Assembly: GCF_964213995.1 (NCBI RefSeq)
Contig: NC_135809.1
Span: forward strand, 102,114,001 to 102,178,000
Length of the DNA: 64,000 nucleotides
Direction of reading: 5' to 3'
From: Mustelus asterias
Lineage: Eukaryota
Below are positions 1-14,149 of this stretch, piece by piece (the stretch's first letter is position 1; every line of letters begins with the position of its first letter). The position numbers and the translations under genes were made by a program. The notes under the pieces were generated by a model. It searched no databases and was not told where the DNA came from. It saw nothing but the letters and a program-made list of their open reading frames with translations.

Positions 1-494
1 GTGGACTTCCTGGAAGTTGTGGTGCTGTTGCAGTGCCCAGTAACAGCTAACTGCTCAGTGTTCACCGCTATTGGGATCATAAGATCCAGGCCATTATATT
101 CCTGTGAAGTGCTTTAATGTTTCATTATGTTAAAGGTGCGAGATAAATATGAATTATTATTGTTCCATTGATTGTGAATGTGTGTTGCGGATTGGAGTGT
201 AGTCAACATAATACCCATTTTTAAAAAGGGAAACACAGCCACTCCAGGTATACAGGCTAGTTAAACATTTATGGAAGGAATGAAAAAAGTCAATTAAAAA
301 TGATACCAATTATCTAACTAAAGGGAAAACAGAAGCTACAAACATGGTGGGGGTGCGGTGAAATTCACTACTTACAATGTACAAGATTAAGAGCAGTGGA
401 TTCGGCAAAGCGAGCAAATTGAATTTAAAATTGGTTTGGAAGGAGAGAACAGTAGGAGCCAAGGTTTCTCAGAGTTGAAATTTAAAGATACACT

Positions 495-695
495 GTAACT
501 GGACCCTTTCCAAGGCCAGCACATCCTTCCTTAGATATGGGGCCCAAAACTGCTCACAATACTCCAAATGGGGTCTGACCAGAGCCTTATACAGCCTCAG
601 AAGTACATCCCTGCTCCTGTATTCTAGCCCCCTCGACAGGAATGCTAACATTGCATTGCCTTTCTAACAGCCGACTGAACCTGCACGTTAACCTT
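495..695 (-). mobile_element. CR1 LINE ORF2 fragment
   Basis: LYKALVRPHLEYCEQFWAPYLRKD. Confidence 0.8.
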
Positions 696-1084
696 AATTG
701 GTTCACACACTTGTGATTAGGCATTCGAACGTAATTCCAAAATCCAGAAATGCCATAATTAAAGAAATAAACAGTGTGGGGTTGGGGCTTAGCTTGGACT
801 CCAGTTGTTTACCCCAATTTATGCTTATTTTAAATTCTGTCGTAGTCTAATGAGACTGGGAGGATACTTGAGTGTAACTTGACATGGGCAAAATGGGCCA
901 GTGGGAGCATTGTTGGATCAAACTTCCCAATTATGTTCATGGAGGTACGTAACTCCAAGCCACACGCTGAATTTGATTTACTTTGTTGCTCAGCTTCGAC
1001 ATTCGAACATACTCTTGTACCCAAGGCAGGTATTATACATGGCAACCGTAATGAGGTTTTCCTTGAATTATATTTGAAACATAT

Positions 1085-2255
1085 CAGTTTTCACACATAC
1101 GATGACACCCAGCTCTACCTCAACCATCACCTCTCTCAATCCCTCCATTGTCTCAATACTCCCATACTGCTTGTTTGACAACCAGTACTGGATGCACAGA
1201 AATTTCCCCCAATTAAATATTGAAACTACTATTGCCATTTTTTTCCAATCCCCACGACAAACTTCATTCCCCAGCCACCAACTTCACCCCTCTCGGAGGC
1301 TGAGCCAAACTGTTCTGACCCCAAGACAAGCTTTTAAGTACACATCAGTAAGATCACTTATTTCCACCTCTGTAACAGTGCCCATCACCACCTCTGCCTA
1401 AGCACCGGTGTTGTTGAAACCCTCATCTACACCTTTGTTACCTATAGACTTGACTGTTCCAACGGACTCCTGGCTGATTTCCCAAATTCTATCCTCTGTA
1501 AGCTTGAGGTCATCCAAAACTTTCTGCCTCTATCCATAACCAAATCAAATCCAGCTGATCTATACTCCTGACCTACACTGACTTCTGGTTAAGTAACATC
1601 TCCACTTTAAAATTCTCATCCTTGTTTTAAAATCCAGTCTCCCCCACCCCTATTTCTATAATCTTCACCAGCTCCACAACCCTCATAGATATCTCCGCTC
1701 CTTAAATTTCAGCCTCTTTCGCATCCCAGATTTTAATCACTCCACCACTGTTAGCCATGTCTTCAGCTACCAAGGTCCCTAGCTCAGGAATTCACTCCCC
1801 AAACCTCTCTTTCCTCCTTTTAAACTTTAAAACCTATACTTTAATGAAGCGAGGCAGTGGTTAGCAGTAGCACCGTTGCCTCACAGCGTCAGGGACCTGG
1901 GTTCGATTCCCAGCTTGGGCCACTGTCTGTGCGAAGTTTGCACGTTCTCTCGTGGGTTTCCTCTAGGTGCTCTGGTTTCCTCCCATAGTCCGAAGGACGT
2001 GCTGGTTAGGTGCTTTGGCCATGCTAAAGTCTCCCTCAGTGTACCCGAACAGGCGATGGAGTGTGGCAACTAGGTGATTTCCACAGTAGTTTCACTGCAG
2101 TGTTAATGTAAGCCTACTTGTGACACTAATAAACTTTGGTCACCTAACCAATTATCTCCTTCGTTTCAGTGTCATACTTTGTTTTATAACTTTCCTGGGA
2201 AGCACCTTCAGATGTTTTATCACATTAAAGCCCTTGCTAGATACAAATTACTGTC
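1085..2255 (+). mobile_element. Old L2-like LINE 3' fragment interrupted by a SINE
   Basis: YDDTQLY RT motif; related copies at 17430-18120(-), 38600-39250(+), 61490-62030(-) and 63250-63720(-). Confidence 0.6.
1851..2133 (+). mobile_element. tRNA-derived V-domain SINE, alternative 3' tail
   Basis: A/B boxes (tggttagc, ggttcgattccc) and V-domain core; tail ends tgtgacactaataaa. Confidence 0.8.
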
Positions 2256-3229
2256 CATTCATAAGAACTTTGAATCACTAACTGATTGCTTCAAACATTT
2301 GGCAGCCACAATCTCCAAATTAATTTAAGCTATAGTTCTAAGATTCATATTGCAAGATGTGCTAAAATTAAATTAAAAGTTTGTTTTCTGTCAACGCAAT
2401 TGTTTTTGCTAATTTTCAAAAGCGTAAGTGTATTCAACTTTACTTGCTGGTCAATAAAGTGAAGCAGCTTTAGAGAATACAGTTATCAGGACGTCAGGAG
2501 AGGAAAGGACTGCTACCTGCGCTCTTTACCAAGAATATTTGGCACATAAATGTTCAGCCAAACATTCCCCCGGCCCTAAACTCTCACACTGGCCTGAAAG
2601 GAAAGTCTTCAAGCCGAGGGAACACGCACAACAGTCTGAAAGGGAGCTTTCACTAGCCACTGCCTACAGGGGGCCTGGGATCAATGTGGAGGGGAAAAAG
2701 TTAGCCCAGGGCAGGCTTGGCCTGGAAGTTGATGTGAGACAATGATCAAGATGGGGAACATTTCTCACTCAAGCTTGGAGACACTGAAACCCAACTGACT
2801 TCAAATAGTTAAATATAGTACATTGGTTGAACTTGGGAATTTATTGATTTGCAGAACTTGCTCAGAGAAATACTGGGCCATTCAGGTTTTATCCAAGCAT
2901 TGCTTTAAGATTGCTGAATTAACTTGCTAATCTGAAATGTACAGGCTTTGGAAGAGGATGAATCTTCCATGTAAAATTTTACTGAAGACAGTTCAAAGAA
3001 AAAAACCTGACGCTATGATGTGTTATTGTTATATAACCTAAAAATATTTTAATGCATTGGCTATCTTAAAGTTTGTGCCTTCAGCAAGGGGAAAGGATTA
3101 ACTAAAACTGCACCATTGTACCACTGCACAATGCTTGTGAACTGCATTTTCTGGAATTCAGCTGCCAGCCATCAAGTTAGTAGACTTGCCCAGCCAACGG
3201 CCTCACGCAGTCCACAAGCAATCTCAACA

Positions 3230-4815
3230 AAATGTGCTCACATTTGGCGATATTCACACACTAGCAATATTCGATCCTTCCCTCCTCATCCAGCATAAAG
3301 AATTAGCTCAAAGCACTGGATACCACAAAGGCTATGGCCCTAACAACATCCCAGCAGCAGTAATGAGGACTTGTACTCCTGAACTAACTGCATTCAAAGC
3401 TAGATGTTCCAGTGAAGCTACATCAATAGCATCTACTCTCGGTCAACAGCAAAGTGATGGGAGGTGGTGTGACAGTGCTATTACACAGCAATAACCTGCT
3501 TGCTGAAGCTCATTTTGGATTCTGCCAGGACCACTTAGCTCCAAGCCTAATTACAGCCTCAGTCCAAACAGACAAAAGAGCAGAATTCAAGAGGTGAATA
3601 GGTAGCAATTGCCGTTGCCATCAAGACAGCATTTGACTGAGTAAAAAGTTCTCCCAACTTAGTCTAGCAGTATGGTAGAGCTAAGAAGAACTGAATAAGA
3701 GCCCAGAACGATCAGACTTCTAACTAAATGCTTAGCCCTGCTGTCCCTCTCCATTTCGGACACCCCCAACTCCCTGAACTCTAAGATGGCTTTTCATTCA
3801 TCTTCAGTCTCACCAACCACCGTTTCCCTCCCGGGTGGCCATTATTCTTCCTCCAGTTCCCCCTTCCAATCTATAAAATGCACAGGCGAGCACCTGATTA
3901 GGTTCAGGCTAATGCAGGACAGACATCCTACAATCAAGTCTCAAGATTGAATGGTAGTTACTGCAGTTTTTAATTCTACCATATCACATTAATAAGCAGC
4001 TAGATTTTCCACACGTGGATTTTTTAAAAAATGATTTTCCTCCTCATTTCATCCAAACATATCAACTCATTGAGTTCTAGCAAAACTGAAGCAAAGGGAA
4101 TCAGTGTGAAAACTCTCCACTGTTTGGAATCATACAGAGCACAAAGTAGTAGTTGGGGTGCGCGGCTGCTGGAGGACAATTACCTCAACCCCTTGTCATC
4201 GCCATACGGGTCTTCAGAAACTATAAATACTGTGGTTATCTGAGCAAGTCAGAGGCTGAGAATCGTGCAATGAGTAACTCACCACTTGACTCCTAAAGCC
4301 TGTCCACCACCAACAAGGCACAAGTCAGGAGTGTGTTAAAATATTCTCCATTTACCTGGATAAGTGTGATTTTAACAACACTCTTGGAGCTCAACATCAT
4401 CCAAGCATAGCAGCCTGTTTGATCAGTACCACATCCACCGCCTTAAAATTTTCACTCTCTCCACAACCTGCACACAGTAGCTGCAGTATGTATTATTTAT
4501 AAGATGCACTGTAACAACTTGCCCAGCCTTTTTCCTCAACCTTCCAAACTACAACTTCTACCACCTAGAACAAGGGACACAGATACATGAAAAAACGTGC
4601 AAGTCAGTCATCATTTTGACCTCGAACAGTATCACTGTTCTTTTACTATTGCTGGGACAAAATCCTGCAACTGCCTCTTTTAACAGCTATGGGGATGTAC
4701 CTTTACTACAAAGATAGCAGAGGTTCAAGACGACAATTCATCATTACCTCCTCAAATGCAATAATGACTGGGTAATAAATGATAGTTCTGTCAGCAACAT
4801 TCAGACCCCATTAAC
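3230..4815 (+). mobile_element. CR1-group LINE (second family) fragments, old and interrupted
   Basis: GPNNIPAAVMRTCTPEL remnant; 3' part similar to 14880-15450. Confidence 0.6.
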
Positions 4816-5022
4816 ATATAAAAATTAGATGGGTGGATGAAGGAAAAGGGATGAAGAGATATGGTAACAGTGCATTGCGATTCAACCTATTTGTTCACAT
4901 GCAAAGTAAACACTGTCATGGACTATTTGTACTTAATGATATGTTTCCATGTTGTAAATTGTGTGTGTTTCTATGGCAGGAAAAAGCATTACACAATTAC
5001 AATGTATGATAAAGTGACTCAC

Positions 5023-5120
5023 CTTTTTACACATACTGTAAATCATTTCTAAGTATTTGGTGTCAGACAATAGTGTATCTGTGTCCACTGTTATATAATT
5101 ATGCAAGAGAGGCATCATAT
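5023..5120 (-). CDS. IPO7: Importin-7 exon 19 ([33 protein letters not shown]); gene continues left of the window
   Basis: 98 nt, gcag| and |gtgagt; exons 1-19 sum to 2172 nt in frame. Confidence 0.95.
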
Positions 5121-5664
5121 CTGCAAATTTAAAAAAAGCTTTGAACAACCAAATTTAAGGTCATGAGTTTTTTCATTTCCTTAAAAATCAAACAGAAAAT
5201 TCTACAAATGCAGAGGTTTGATCAGTTTTTGAAAGTTAATAATGCATTTGACATTATTTGAATTCATATTTTCATTTCCTACTTGTAAGTTAAAGAAAAA
5301 GCAGAATTCTAAAATTTTAGAGTTATGCTCGAATCAAGAAACTAGAAGTTTGTACTTCACAACTATCCTGAATGATATTATTTTTGCAGTCATAGAATTT
5401 CAAGACAGATTAGGAAAGTACTCGAGTATGAAACAGAATGCACTGGACAATAGTTTCGCCTTTTAATTCTATTCCCTTCCCCAAGCAACTCAAGTATCTT
5501 GTAACAAGAGAGAAGCATGCTTGTAGGATTATTTCACTTAATAACTCTAAAAAGCTGCAAGCAAACATCCCACTTGACCTGGTAGCGTGCTACACAGACA
5601 AGTAAAAAAACCACAGTAACGAAAGATCGCAAGATAATGCAGCGACTTCTAAATTAAACGCAAC

Positions 5665-7050
5665 TTAGAATTGGAGCAGTAGACCACTTAGCCCTTAAAA
5701 CCTGCTCCACCATTTGAGATGATCATGGCTGATCTGACTGTAACCCTCAACCCCACATTCCTGCCCATCTGCCATAACCTTTCACCCCCTTGTTAAACAA
5801 GAATTTATCGAGCTCTGTCTAAAAAACATGCGAAGACTCTGCTTCCATCGGCTTTTGAGGAAGAGATTTCCAAAGACTCTCAGCCCTGAGAAAAAGAATT
5901 CTCATCCGTCTTAAATAAACAACTCATTTTTAAACAGTGACTCCAGTTCTAGATTCTACCACAAGAGGAAAAATCCTCCCCACATCCACTCTGTCAGGAC
6001 CCCTCAGAATCTTATACATTTCAATCAAGTCACTTGTTACTCTTCTAAATTCTAACGAATACAAGCTTAACCTGTCACAGCACCAGGGACCCAGGTTCGA
6101 TTCCCAGCTTGGGTCACTGTCTGTGTGGAGTTTGCACATTCTCCCCGTGTCTGTGTGGGTTTCCTCCGGGTGCTCCAGTTTTCTCCCACAGTCCAAAGAT
6201 GTGTGTGTTAGGTGGATTGCCCTGCAAAATTGCCCCTTAGTGTCAGGGGGACTAGCTAGGATAAATGCATGGGGTTATGGGGATAGGGCCTGGGTGGGAT
6301 TGTGGTCAGTGCAGACTCGATGGGCCGAATGGCCTCCTTCTGCACTGTAGGATTCTTTGAACCTTTCCTCATAAGACAATCTGTTGATTCCAGGTATTAA
6401 TCCAGTAAATCTTCTCTGAACAGCTATCAACACATTTACATCTTTCCTTAAATAAATGAACTTATACTAAACACAATACTCCAGATGTGGTCTCACCAGT
6501 GCCCTGAACAACTGAAGCATAACACCCCTACTCTTGTAATCAATTCCCCTCACAATAAACTAAACATTCTATTAGCTTTCCCAATTACTTGCTGTAACTG
6601 TATATGCGTTTTTTGTGATTCGTGCACGAGGAACCCAGGTCCCTCTACACCTTAAGAGCTCTGCAATCTTTCCCCATTTAGGTAGTGTTTCTTTAATTCT
6701 TCCTGCCAAAATGGACCAGTTCACATTTTCTCACTCACTTAACCTATCTTTGAAGCCTTTTTACAACCTCTTCACAATTTACTTTCCCACCCATCTTTGT
6801 GTTGTCAATAAATTTCACTACCATTGCTTTAGTCCCTTCAACCAAGCCACTTATATGAATTGTAAAAAGTTGAGGCCCCAGCACTGAGTCCTGTGGCACA
6901 CCACTCATTACATCTTGTCAACTAGAAAAAGACCCATTTATGCCTATGCCTTAGTTAGCCAATATTCTATCCATACAAATATGCTAGCCCCTTCATCATG
7001 AGCTTTTATTTCACACAATAATCTTTGATGCAGCACCTTATCAAATGCTA
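5665..7050 (-). mobile_element. Older CR1 LINE 3' fragment containing a SINE insertion
   Basis: DLIEMYKILRG remnant and CR1-like 3' end. Confidence 0.7.
6075..6360 (+). mobile_element. HE1-type V-SINE
   Basis: B box, core and CR1-like tail (gggccgaatggcctccttctgcactgtag). Confidence 0.85.
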
Positions 7051-7819
7051 AAACTAGCTATTTTTAATATCTAATACTTAAAACATCTTTATTACATTCA
7101 CTTACACTGGTAATGGGCTTCTCATTCCCCAAATTATTTCCCCTTTCAACATGTTAAACTTGGATTAAGCTGAGATACAATATCGCAGCTAACTTGCATT
7201 CCAAATGTCTTCATGACAGCAGGCTGTATTACAGCCAGTCTACCTTTGCCCTAATTTTCACATATATATATATACTTTCCAGAAGAGACGACTTGACATT
7301 TACCAGAAGAAACCTGCCTGATTTTGCGCCAGTTCTAGCAATCCTACCAAAGAAAAACCGAGAACACAAACAAGGGGCTGATGATGTGATCGCCTTTTTC
7401 TGTGAAGTTTAGGGCAACAATCAACGAACACCAGTAACCTCAAGGATAGGTTTGCCTAAGCTGGTTATGTAACTTCATCCGGGTAAGACTATTAAGGCTG
7501 TAAACTTCTCCATGGTTACAATCAGCTAACAACACACACACACACAATTCCACGTGGCAAGCCTTTGTAATTGAACATCATGATCAAGAACTTGCAAACG
7601 CAAGTAGGCAAGAACAATTGACAATGGGATTGTGAACTTAACTCCGTTGACTTGAGGACAACTGTTCCAAATTATTGGACGTTCTTACTTCAACTCATGA
7701 TAATTGCATCGATATATTCATAGCTATTGGCTATTCACACTTCATTTTTATCAAATTTACTTTGGAAGGCTCCTGATGTCTTGTATGCATTACAGATTTG
7801 AACGGTGTCTCTTTCTTAC

Positions 7820-7945
7820 CAGTATAATAGTCAAAACCATCTTGTTGGAAGACCTCAAACACTAGGGGCAAGAGCTGCCACATCTGTAGTGAGACTTGCT
7901 GACAAGTCAGACTATGTGCCAAAGACAAGATTTCCTCATAAAATT
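7820..7945 (-). CDS. IPO7: Importin-7 exon 18 ([42 protein letters not shown])
   Basis: 126 nt, tcag| and |gtaaga; ORF 7731..8021. Confidence 0.95.
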
Positions 7946-8028
7946 CTGAAACAGAACAGCAAGGAATCAATATTTCACTAATGCACAATCGAACTATGCT
8001 ACCATTGATGAAACAAGACATTACATAC

Positions 8029-8095
8029 CCAACACATGCTGCTGCAAAACTGTTCCAATAACCTGCAAACAGATGCCTTCTAGCTGCTGTGTGAT
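8029..8095 (-). CDS. IPO7: Importin-7 exon 17 ([22 protein letters not shown])
   Basis: 67 nt, ttag| and |gtatgt; followed by an 83-nt intron. Confidence 0.94.
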
Positions 8096-8255
8096 CTAAA
8101 GTAGAAGGTAAAAGTTTGAAGTCCTATTAGCTAGGTTTAGTAATAGATTTCAAAACCAACAAAACTACATCAAGGTGCAAAACTCTTCAAAGAGTTAATA
8201 CGATATGAACAATCCAGTAAACTAACAAACGTTAGAGGTTTAAAAATAGAAATCA

Positions 8256-8399
<144 letters not shown>

Positions 8400-8607
8400 C
8401 TAGAATAAAAGCAAAGACTCCAATCTGACTACAAATTCCTTTACATCAATTTAGGGAATATGCTGTTTATTAGTTTAGTGTTATCACAACTGAAATAATC
8501 AATGGTCCAATTGTACAGAACAAATAGTGAGTCAAACATGCAGTCATGCACAGAAGGAGATGTAATATGCAGCAGAGGTAGAGTTATCAGGAATTATGCG
8601 AAAGTCA

Positions 8608-8853
<246 letters not shown>

Positions 8854-9201
8854 TTAGTTTTTCTCAGAATGATCTGTTCCACTCAAGAGGTTAAAGACTT
8901 AAGACATTTCCATTATTTGTTCCGCTTCCCCTTTGCCACATAGACTCACTAGATTAAAGGAAAAATAGGCAAGCTGGTTTCAACTCTTTAAACAACCTAG
9001 TATATAATGCAGCTGACTAATGCTACTGTTGACAATTTCTCTCTCGTCAGCAGGACTTAATCTCTTCATAAAGCCTCAATATTCTCTAACAACGTAATGT
9101 CTGGCAATCTGCACGTTCCAAACTATACGATTAGGGAACATTCTCGGCATCACAATGGCCTACAGTTACAGGATTTCCCAAGCACTTAGGGAGCAATTTT
9201 A

Positions 9202-9489
9202 GGGGCAGCATGGTGGTACAGTAGTTAGCACTGCTGCCTCACAGCACCAAGAACCCGGGTTCGATTCCCAGCTTGGGTCACTGTCTGTGCAGAGTTTGCA
9301 CATCCTCCCCGCGTCTGCGTGCGTTTCCTCCGGGTGCTCCGGTTTCCTCCCACAATCCAAAGATTTGCAGGTTAGGTGGATTGGCTATGTTAAATTGCCC
9401 CTTAGTGTCAGAGGGATTAGCTAAGGTAAATGCAAGGGGTTGTGGGGCTAGGGCCGAATAGCCTCCTTCTGCACTGTAGGGATTCTATG
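9202..9489 (+). mobile_element. HE1-type V-SINE with 7-bp TSD aatttta
   Basis: Full tRNA-like head; TSD at 9195-9201 and 9490-9496. Confidence 0.85.
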
Positions 9490-9526
9490 AATTTTAATCA
9501 GCTAACCAATCAGGGAGCTGAACTCA

Positions 9527-10069
9527 AGTGAACACCAACGCAAACTGGAGGAACAGCGCCTCATCTTCCAATTGGGCACTTTATAGGACTGAACAGTGAG
9601 TTCAACAACTTCAGAGCATGAACTCTCTCCTCCACCTTGACCCCATTTCCATTTTTTTGAAATTTCATTGTTTCATCTATCATCCTTTTTTCTTACTTCC
9701 ATTTTTCCACTTCTCCATTCCAGCTCTCCTTCTTGCCCCTCCTCCCCACCCCCTTCAGGGCTACTGCCATAATCCCCAGGCAGACCCATAACCATCTGTA
9801 CCTCTGTTCTGCCATTCACGCATTCTGATCACTTTCAGCACCTTCGCAGCCTTGTGTTTCCTCATTTACATTCCCTTTGTCCCATTCCACCATCCCCCAC
9901 CCTCAGTATAAATCTCTGCTGATTCTCTTTGTTCTCGGCTCTGACAGAGTCTTCTAGACTCGAAACATTGGCTCTATTCTCTCCCCACAGATGTTGTCAG
10001 ACCGTATGACATTTTTCAGCATTTTCTGTTTTTGTTTCAGATTGCAGCATCCACAGTATTTTGCTTTTA
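9527..10069 (+). mobile_element. Penelope-like element 3' fragment (GIY-YIG C-terminus, 3'UTR, degenerate hammerhead)
   Basis: Translates SEHQRKLEEQRLIFQLGTL / GLNSEFNNFRA*, typical of the PLE endonuclease end. ctgacagagtcttctagactcgaaacatt at 9941-9969. Confidence 0.7.
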
Positions 10070-10355
10070 TCTCAATGTCCAGCTCATTTGGTGAAGAGCA
10101 AGTGTAAAACTCTGGACAAAAAACATGTACTTCAGCTAACCAGACCAGTATTTCTGGCACAGTTAAAAAATTCATTCAATGGTCAGTTAATTTAGAAATA
10201 TTTAAGGACCACAAGTTTAAGGATATTGTATCTATATTGGTAATTCATAACATTTCACTTTGAAATTTCTTTTTCAAAAGTCAAATAGAACAGAAGAGAT
10301 AAATGCCTCCTTCAGTATAACTTTCATCTTCAAGTTCTGAAATGGCTTTTATTAC

Positions 10356-10521
10356 CTTTCTCCTGGTTACTGATGAGGACCTGAAGTGCTATAGCAGCCT
10401 CCACTTTCACAGGCATTTCTTTATCTTCAATCAGGCACCTTCGAGTCAGCTCCAGTGCAGTTTGCAGGTTCTGGTCATTCTTAAACTTAACCTCACAGAA
10501 ATAATGAAGGACCCAACAAGC
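10356..10521 (-). CDS. IPO7: Importin-7 exon 14 ([20 protein letters not shown]...VLISNQEK)
   Basis: 166 nt, tcag| and |gtaata. Confidence 0.95.
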
Positions 10522-11029
10522 CTGAAATGATAAACATCAAATGGATTTTACAGCCAGTGTTATGAGTCTCCATCTCTTACATTACCTATGGTTAGTGTGG
10601 CCAGCTGTTTATACTGGGAAACCAACTTTAGCTATATACATCAATGATAAGGCTACGAGACTCCATGCATATGTCAGGTAGGCTCAGCTTTTCAAATCTT
10701 CAAGTGCAAATACTAGGATTATTAGTCCTGATAGAGAATGATTACATCACAAGAGATGGCCCCAGAACCTGATTCAGCAATGCCTTTCGCTTGGGGGTTG
10801 GAAAATAACTAACCAAGACATAGTTCTCCTGAGCAGATTTCAGAACTCTACCTCTCGCCACACTTTAAATTATTAAAAATTAACTGTTGTACGACTTATA
10901 CAAATTTGCTCCTCAAGACTGCTTTACATTAAAATCATTCGCAAGCTACATTGATCGATTTTGCATCACAATACTTTATGTTCTTTGCTGATCAAGCCAG
11001 CCCCTGAACACACAAACTATTGTTCAGTA

Positions 11030-11520
11030 TTACACTCCAGTGGGGTTTGCAACAGCTCCCACTAATAGGGAGTTGGCGGCCCGACCTTGCTGGAGTGAAG
11101 GGAGGCCATGGAGGACCCCCTCAGGGGGCCAGGGGTAAGGGGAGCTGCCCCCCTGGGCATTGCCAGCTTGGCAATGCCCCAAGAGGCATTGGGTAATGCC
11201 AATGGGGCGGAGCCTCTGGGGGCAATTGGTGGGTCCCGTTGCTACTCTGCACTCAGGATCGGTGACACACGTAGGCTGGACAGTGGTACTGTGCAACCAT
11301 GGGGGTTGCACGGCCAGTGATGGTGGGTTCCTGTGCTGGCCAGCAATCGGGCAGTTGGCAGTACAGGGATACTGCGCATGCACCGACGCATGCGCAGTGG
11401 CCCGCTCAGCGCTAAGCTGCCGGCCTCTCCAGTGGGAATACACCTCAAGTTTTTCATTCTGATTCACGCTAGTGCATTGTGATGCACTGTGTGTGGGAAA
11501 TCCACATTGAAAATCTCGCT
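11030..11520. repeat. GC-rich interspersed-repeat relic in IPO7 intron 13
   Basis: Abrupt GC-rich block with short palindromes (ggcattgccagcttggcaatgcc) in an AT-rich intron; family not identified. Confidence 0.4.
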
Positions 11521-11819
11521 GAATGTTCAATTAATTTAGAAATATTTAAGGGCCACAACTTAAAGGATATATTGTATCCTTAAATCAACTGCTTTCACAA
11601 AAAATTGAGTCATGTAGATTCATTCCAAAAATCTTGGTAAAATTTGCAGATAACCCAGCAATAATACAATTGGGCTTGCTTCAGTCTCTCTAAAGCACTA
11701 ACTTACTAGATCTCTGTCATTGCTAGTTTGCTTCAGCTCGACACCGTTGTCATTTCTCACCATAACAATTTGATGAAGCATTACATGGAAGCAAGAGGGG
11801 ACAGGTCAAACCTATATTA

Positions 11820-11936
<117 letters not shown>

Positions 11937-12376
11937 TTACAGGAACAAAAATAGCTGGTTCAACAGATTTAAAATTGAGACCGCACATAGATCAACTATG
12001 TAAAAGCATGAAAAAAGGAAATTTTTTTGTGAATCTATATCATATGAATTGTGTACTCCTCTCCAACTGTCTCTTTAGCAACCCAACAACTGCTATCAAC
12101 AGAGTCTCCCCTTCCAGAAGGTTATAAGTCAACTTCACCAAAACGAATGGACAAACATCTGATATTAACTTGCCCCTTCCCCACAGAGCATTAGCCGAGA
12201 TCATTTAATCTGTGACCACGGAGGTGACCACAGGTACTAACCTATTCCCCTGCAAAGTTTGGAGTTAGAATATACTGCAAAATGCAATCTCACATTTCTA
12301 ATGTTGAATACTGAAGTCCATTCTCCATCAGGGAAGAGACAACACAGTGCAAATATGCAATTAAGCAGGTTATCTA

Positions 12377-12550
<174 letters not shown>

Positions 12551-13677
12551 TCATGATATTGCAGCGCACAAAAGTGGTAATTAGGTAAACAAATGCATAC
12601 ATTTAATCCATTCACACAATAAAGCAGAAACAGAAAACTTTAAAGACAAACACTTCTTCCAAGATATGCATTTGCAACCATTTCCAAACCTACAGCTATG
12701 CCATGGTTAGTGCAATAGTCCAACAATCGACAATACTTTCAGTTGGTCAAAAATTCAATGACAGGATCACAGAACTCCAGGGTTCAAATCCCCCTCAGCA
12801 TTACCTGATTGTCCTTCACCACCCTGCATTAGACAATACAATTCTAAAAGTATAAGAGACAATAATTCAACCCATTTACCCAGTGTTGGCTCTGCACTGG
12901 AACTATCAATTCTCATCGGATTTCCCAGCTCTTCCTTTGGAATTCATGTTTTCAATCTAATGTTTGTACAATTCTCTCAAATATATTGACTTGAAACTGA
13001 ATAAATTAATTTACAGCAAAATCATTTGCTCACAATTTAAAGCATCAAAATGTCAAATATTACTCTTAAAACTGAAAGAGAAAAATGTACGAATGGGAAA
13101 TACCTTTCGCTGCCCATGTCCTAATCCCTTTCACAAGTTTAACAAAATTAAGTTACATACCATTTTAATTTTTATATCTATTTAATTTTTGGAAACAGTT
13201 GTTCTGGTAATTCACCATCACAAAGCCTGTTACTGAACATGCAAAATGCCTGCAAGGCCAACAAGACATTTAGGTGGTTACCAATGTTTCGTCTGAAGTT
13301 CCTGCACTGAAGGCATGTCGGACAGCCCCTTGCACGTGCAGCAAAGCCAAAAAAGTGAACAGGCCCATGCATATCACCTGAGCACACAATTACGAGTATA
13401 CTGATGCTCATGACTCCTTAGTCGATTGAATTAGAGACTGAACACTATTGAGATGACCTTGCAACTCTGCACGATCATATTATCATCGCAAGTTCCCCCA
13501 TGACCAACAGTTTTCAGCTGCAGCACTGAGAAAACAGCACAACATTCTGTGCACACAATCCATGGCCAAGACCTATGCCAGCAAAAAAAGCTCCACAGTA
13601 ATATTTTTAAATTGTTTTGCTTGGACATTTATAAACAGTAGATTAAAAACTTGACTAATAGTAACATCTAAAAATCA

Positions 13678-13818
<141 letters not shown>

Positions 13819-14035
13819 TTAACTCCCCAAGTGCAAGTTGAACTTTAAATAGTTACATGTAAATCAAATTAACAAAATTTAACCTCAAGATATCTCAGGC
13901 CATTATTAGATGACCCAAATTCAAACTGAATTGCAGTACTCTTACAATTTAGACATCATTGCTTTCTTTTTCATGTTTATTAAATATAATATTCAATAGT
14001 TAATCACATCAGCCAAAGTTCACCTAAATGGTTTC

Positions 14036-14088
14036 GGCGGCGGCGGGGGGGGGGGAAGGGGGAAGAGAGAGAGAGAGAGAAGAAGGGG
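14036..14088 (+). repeat. (CGG)3, poly-G and (GA)n simple repeat
   Basis: Seen directly. Confidence 0.8.
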
Positions 14089-14149
14089 GCACGACACGCC
14101 TTTTACAAAAGGGTTGGACCATTTGTAAACATGTTTAGCCAGAAGTGCT

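Noticed and set aside
1-5022. IPO7 exon 20 (VLTGVAGEDAECHAAKLLE-like)
   Set aside because: No matching minus-strand sequence found; it must lie left of the window
11030-11530. 166-aa minus-strand ORF in intron 13 as a nested gene
   Set aside because: Coincides with a GC-rich repeat relic; no domain similarity or splice support
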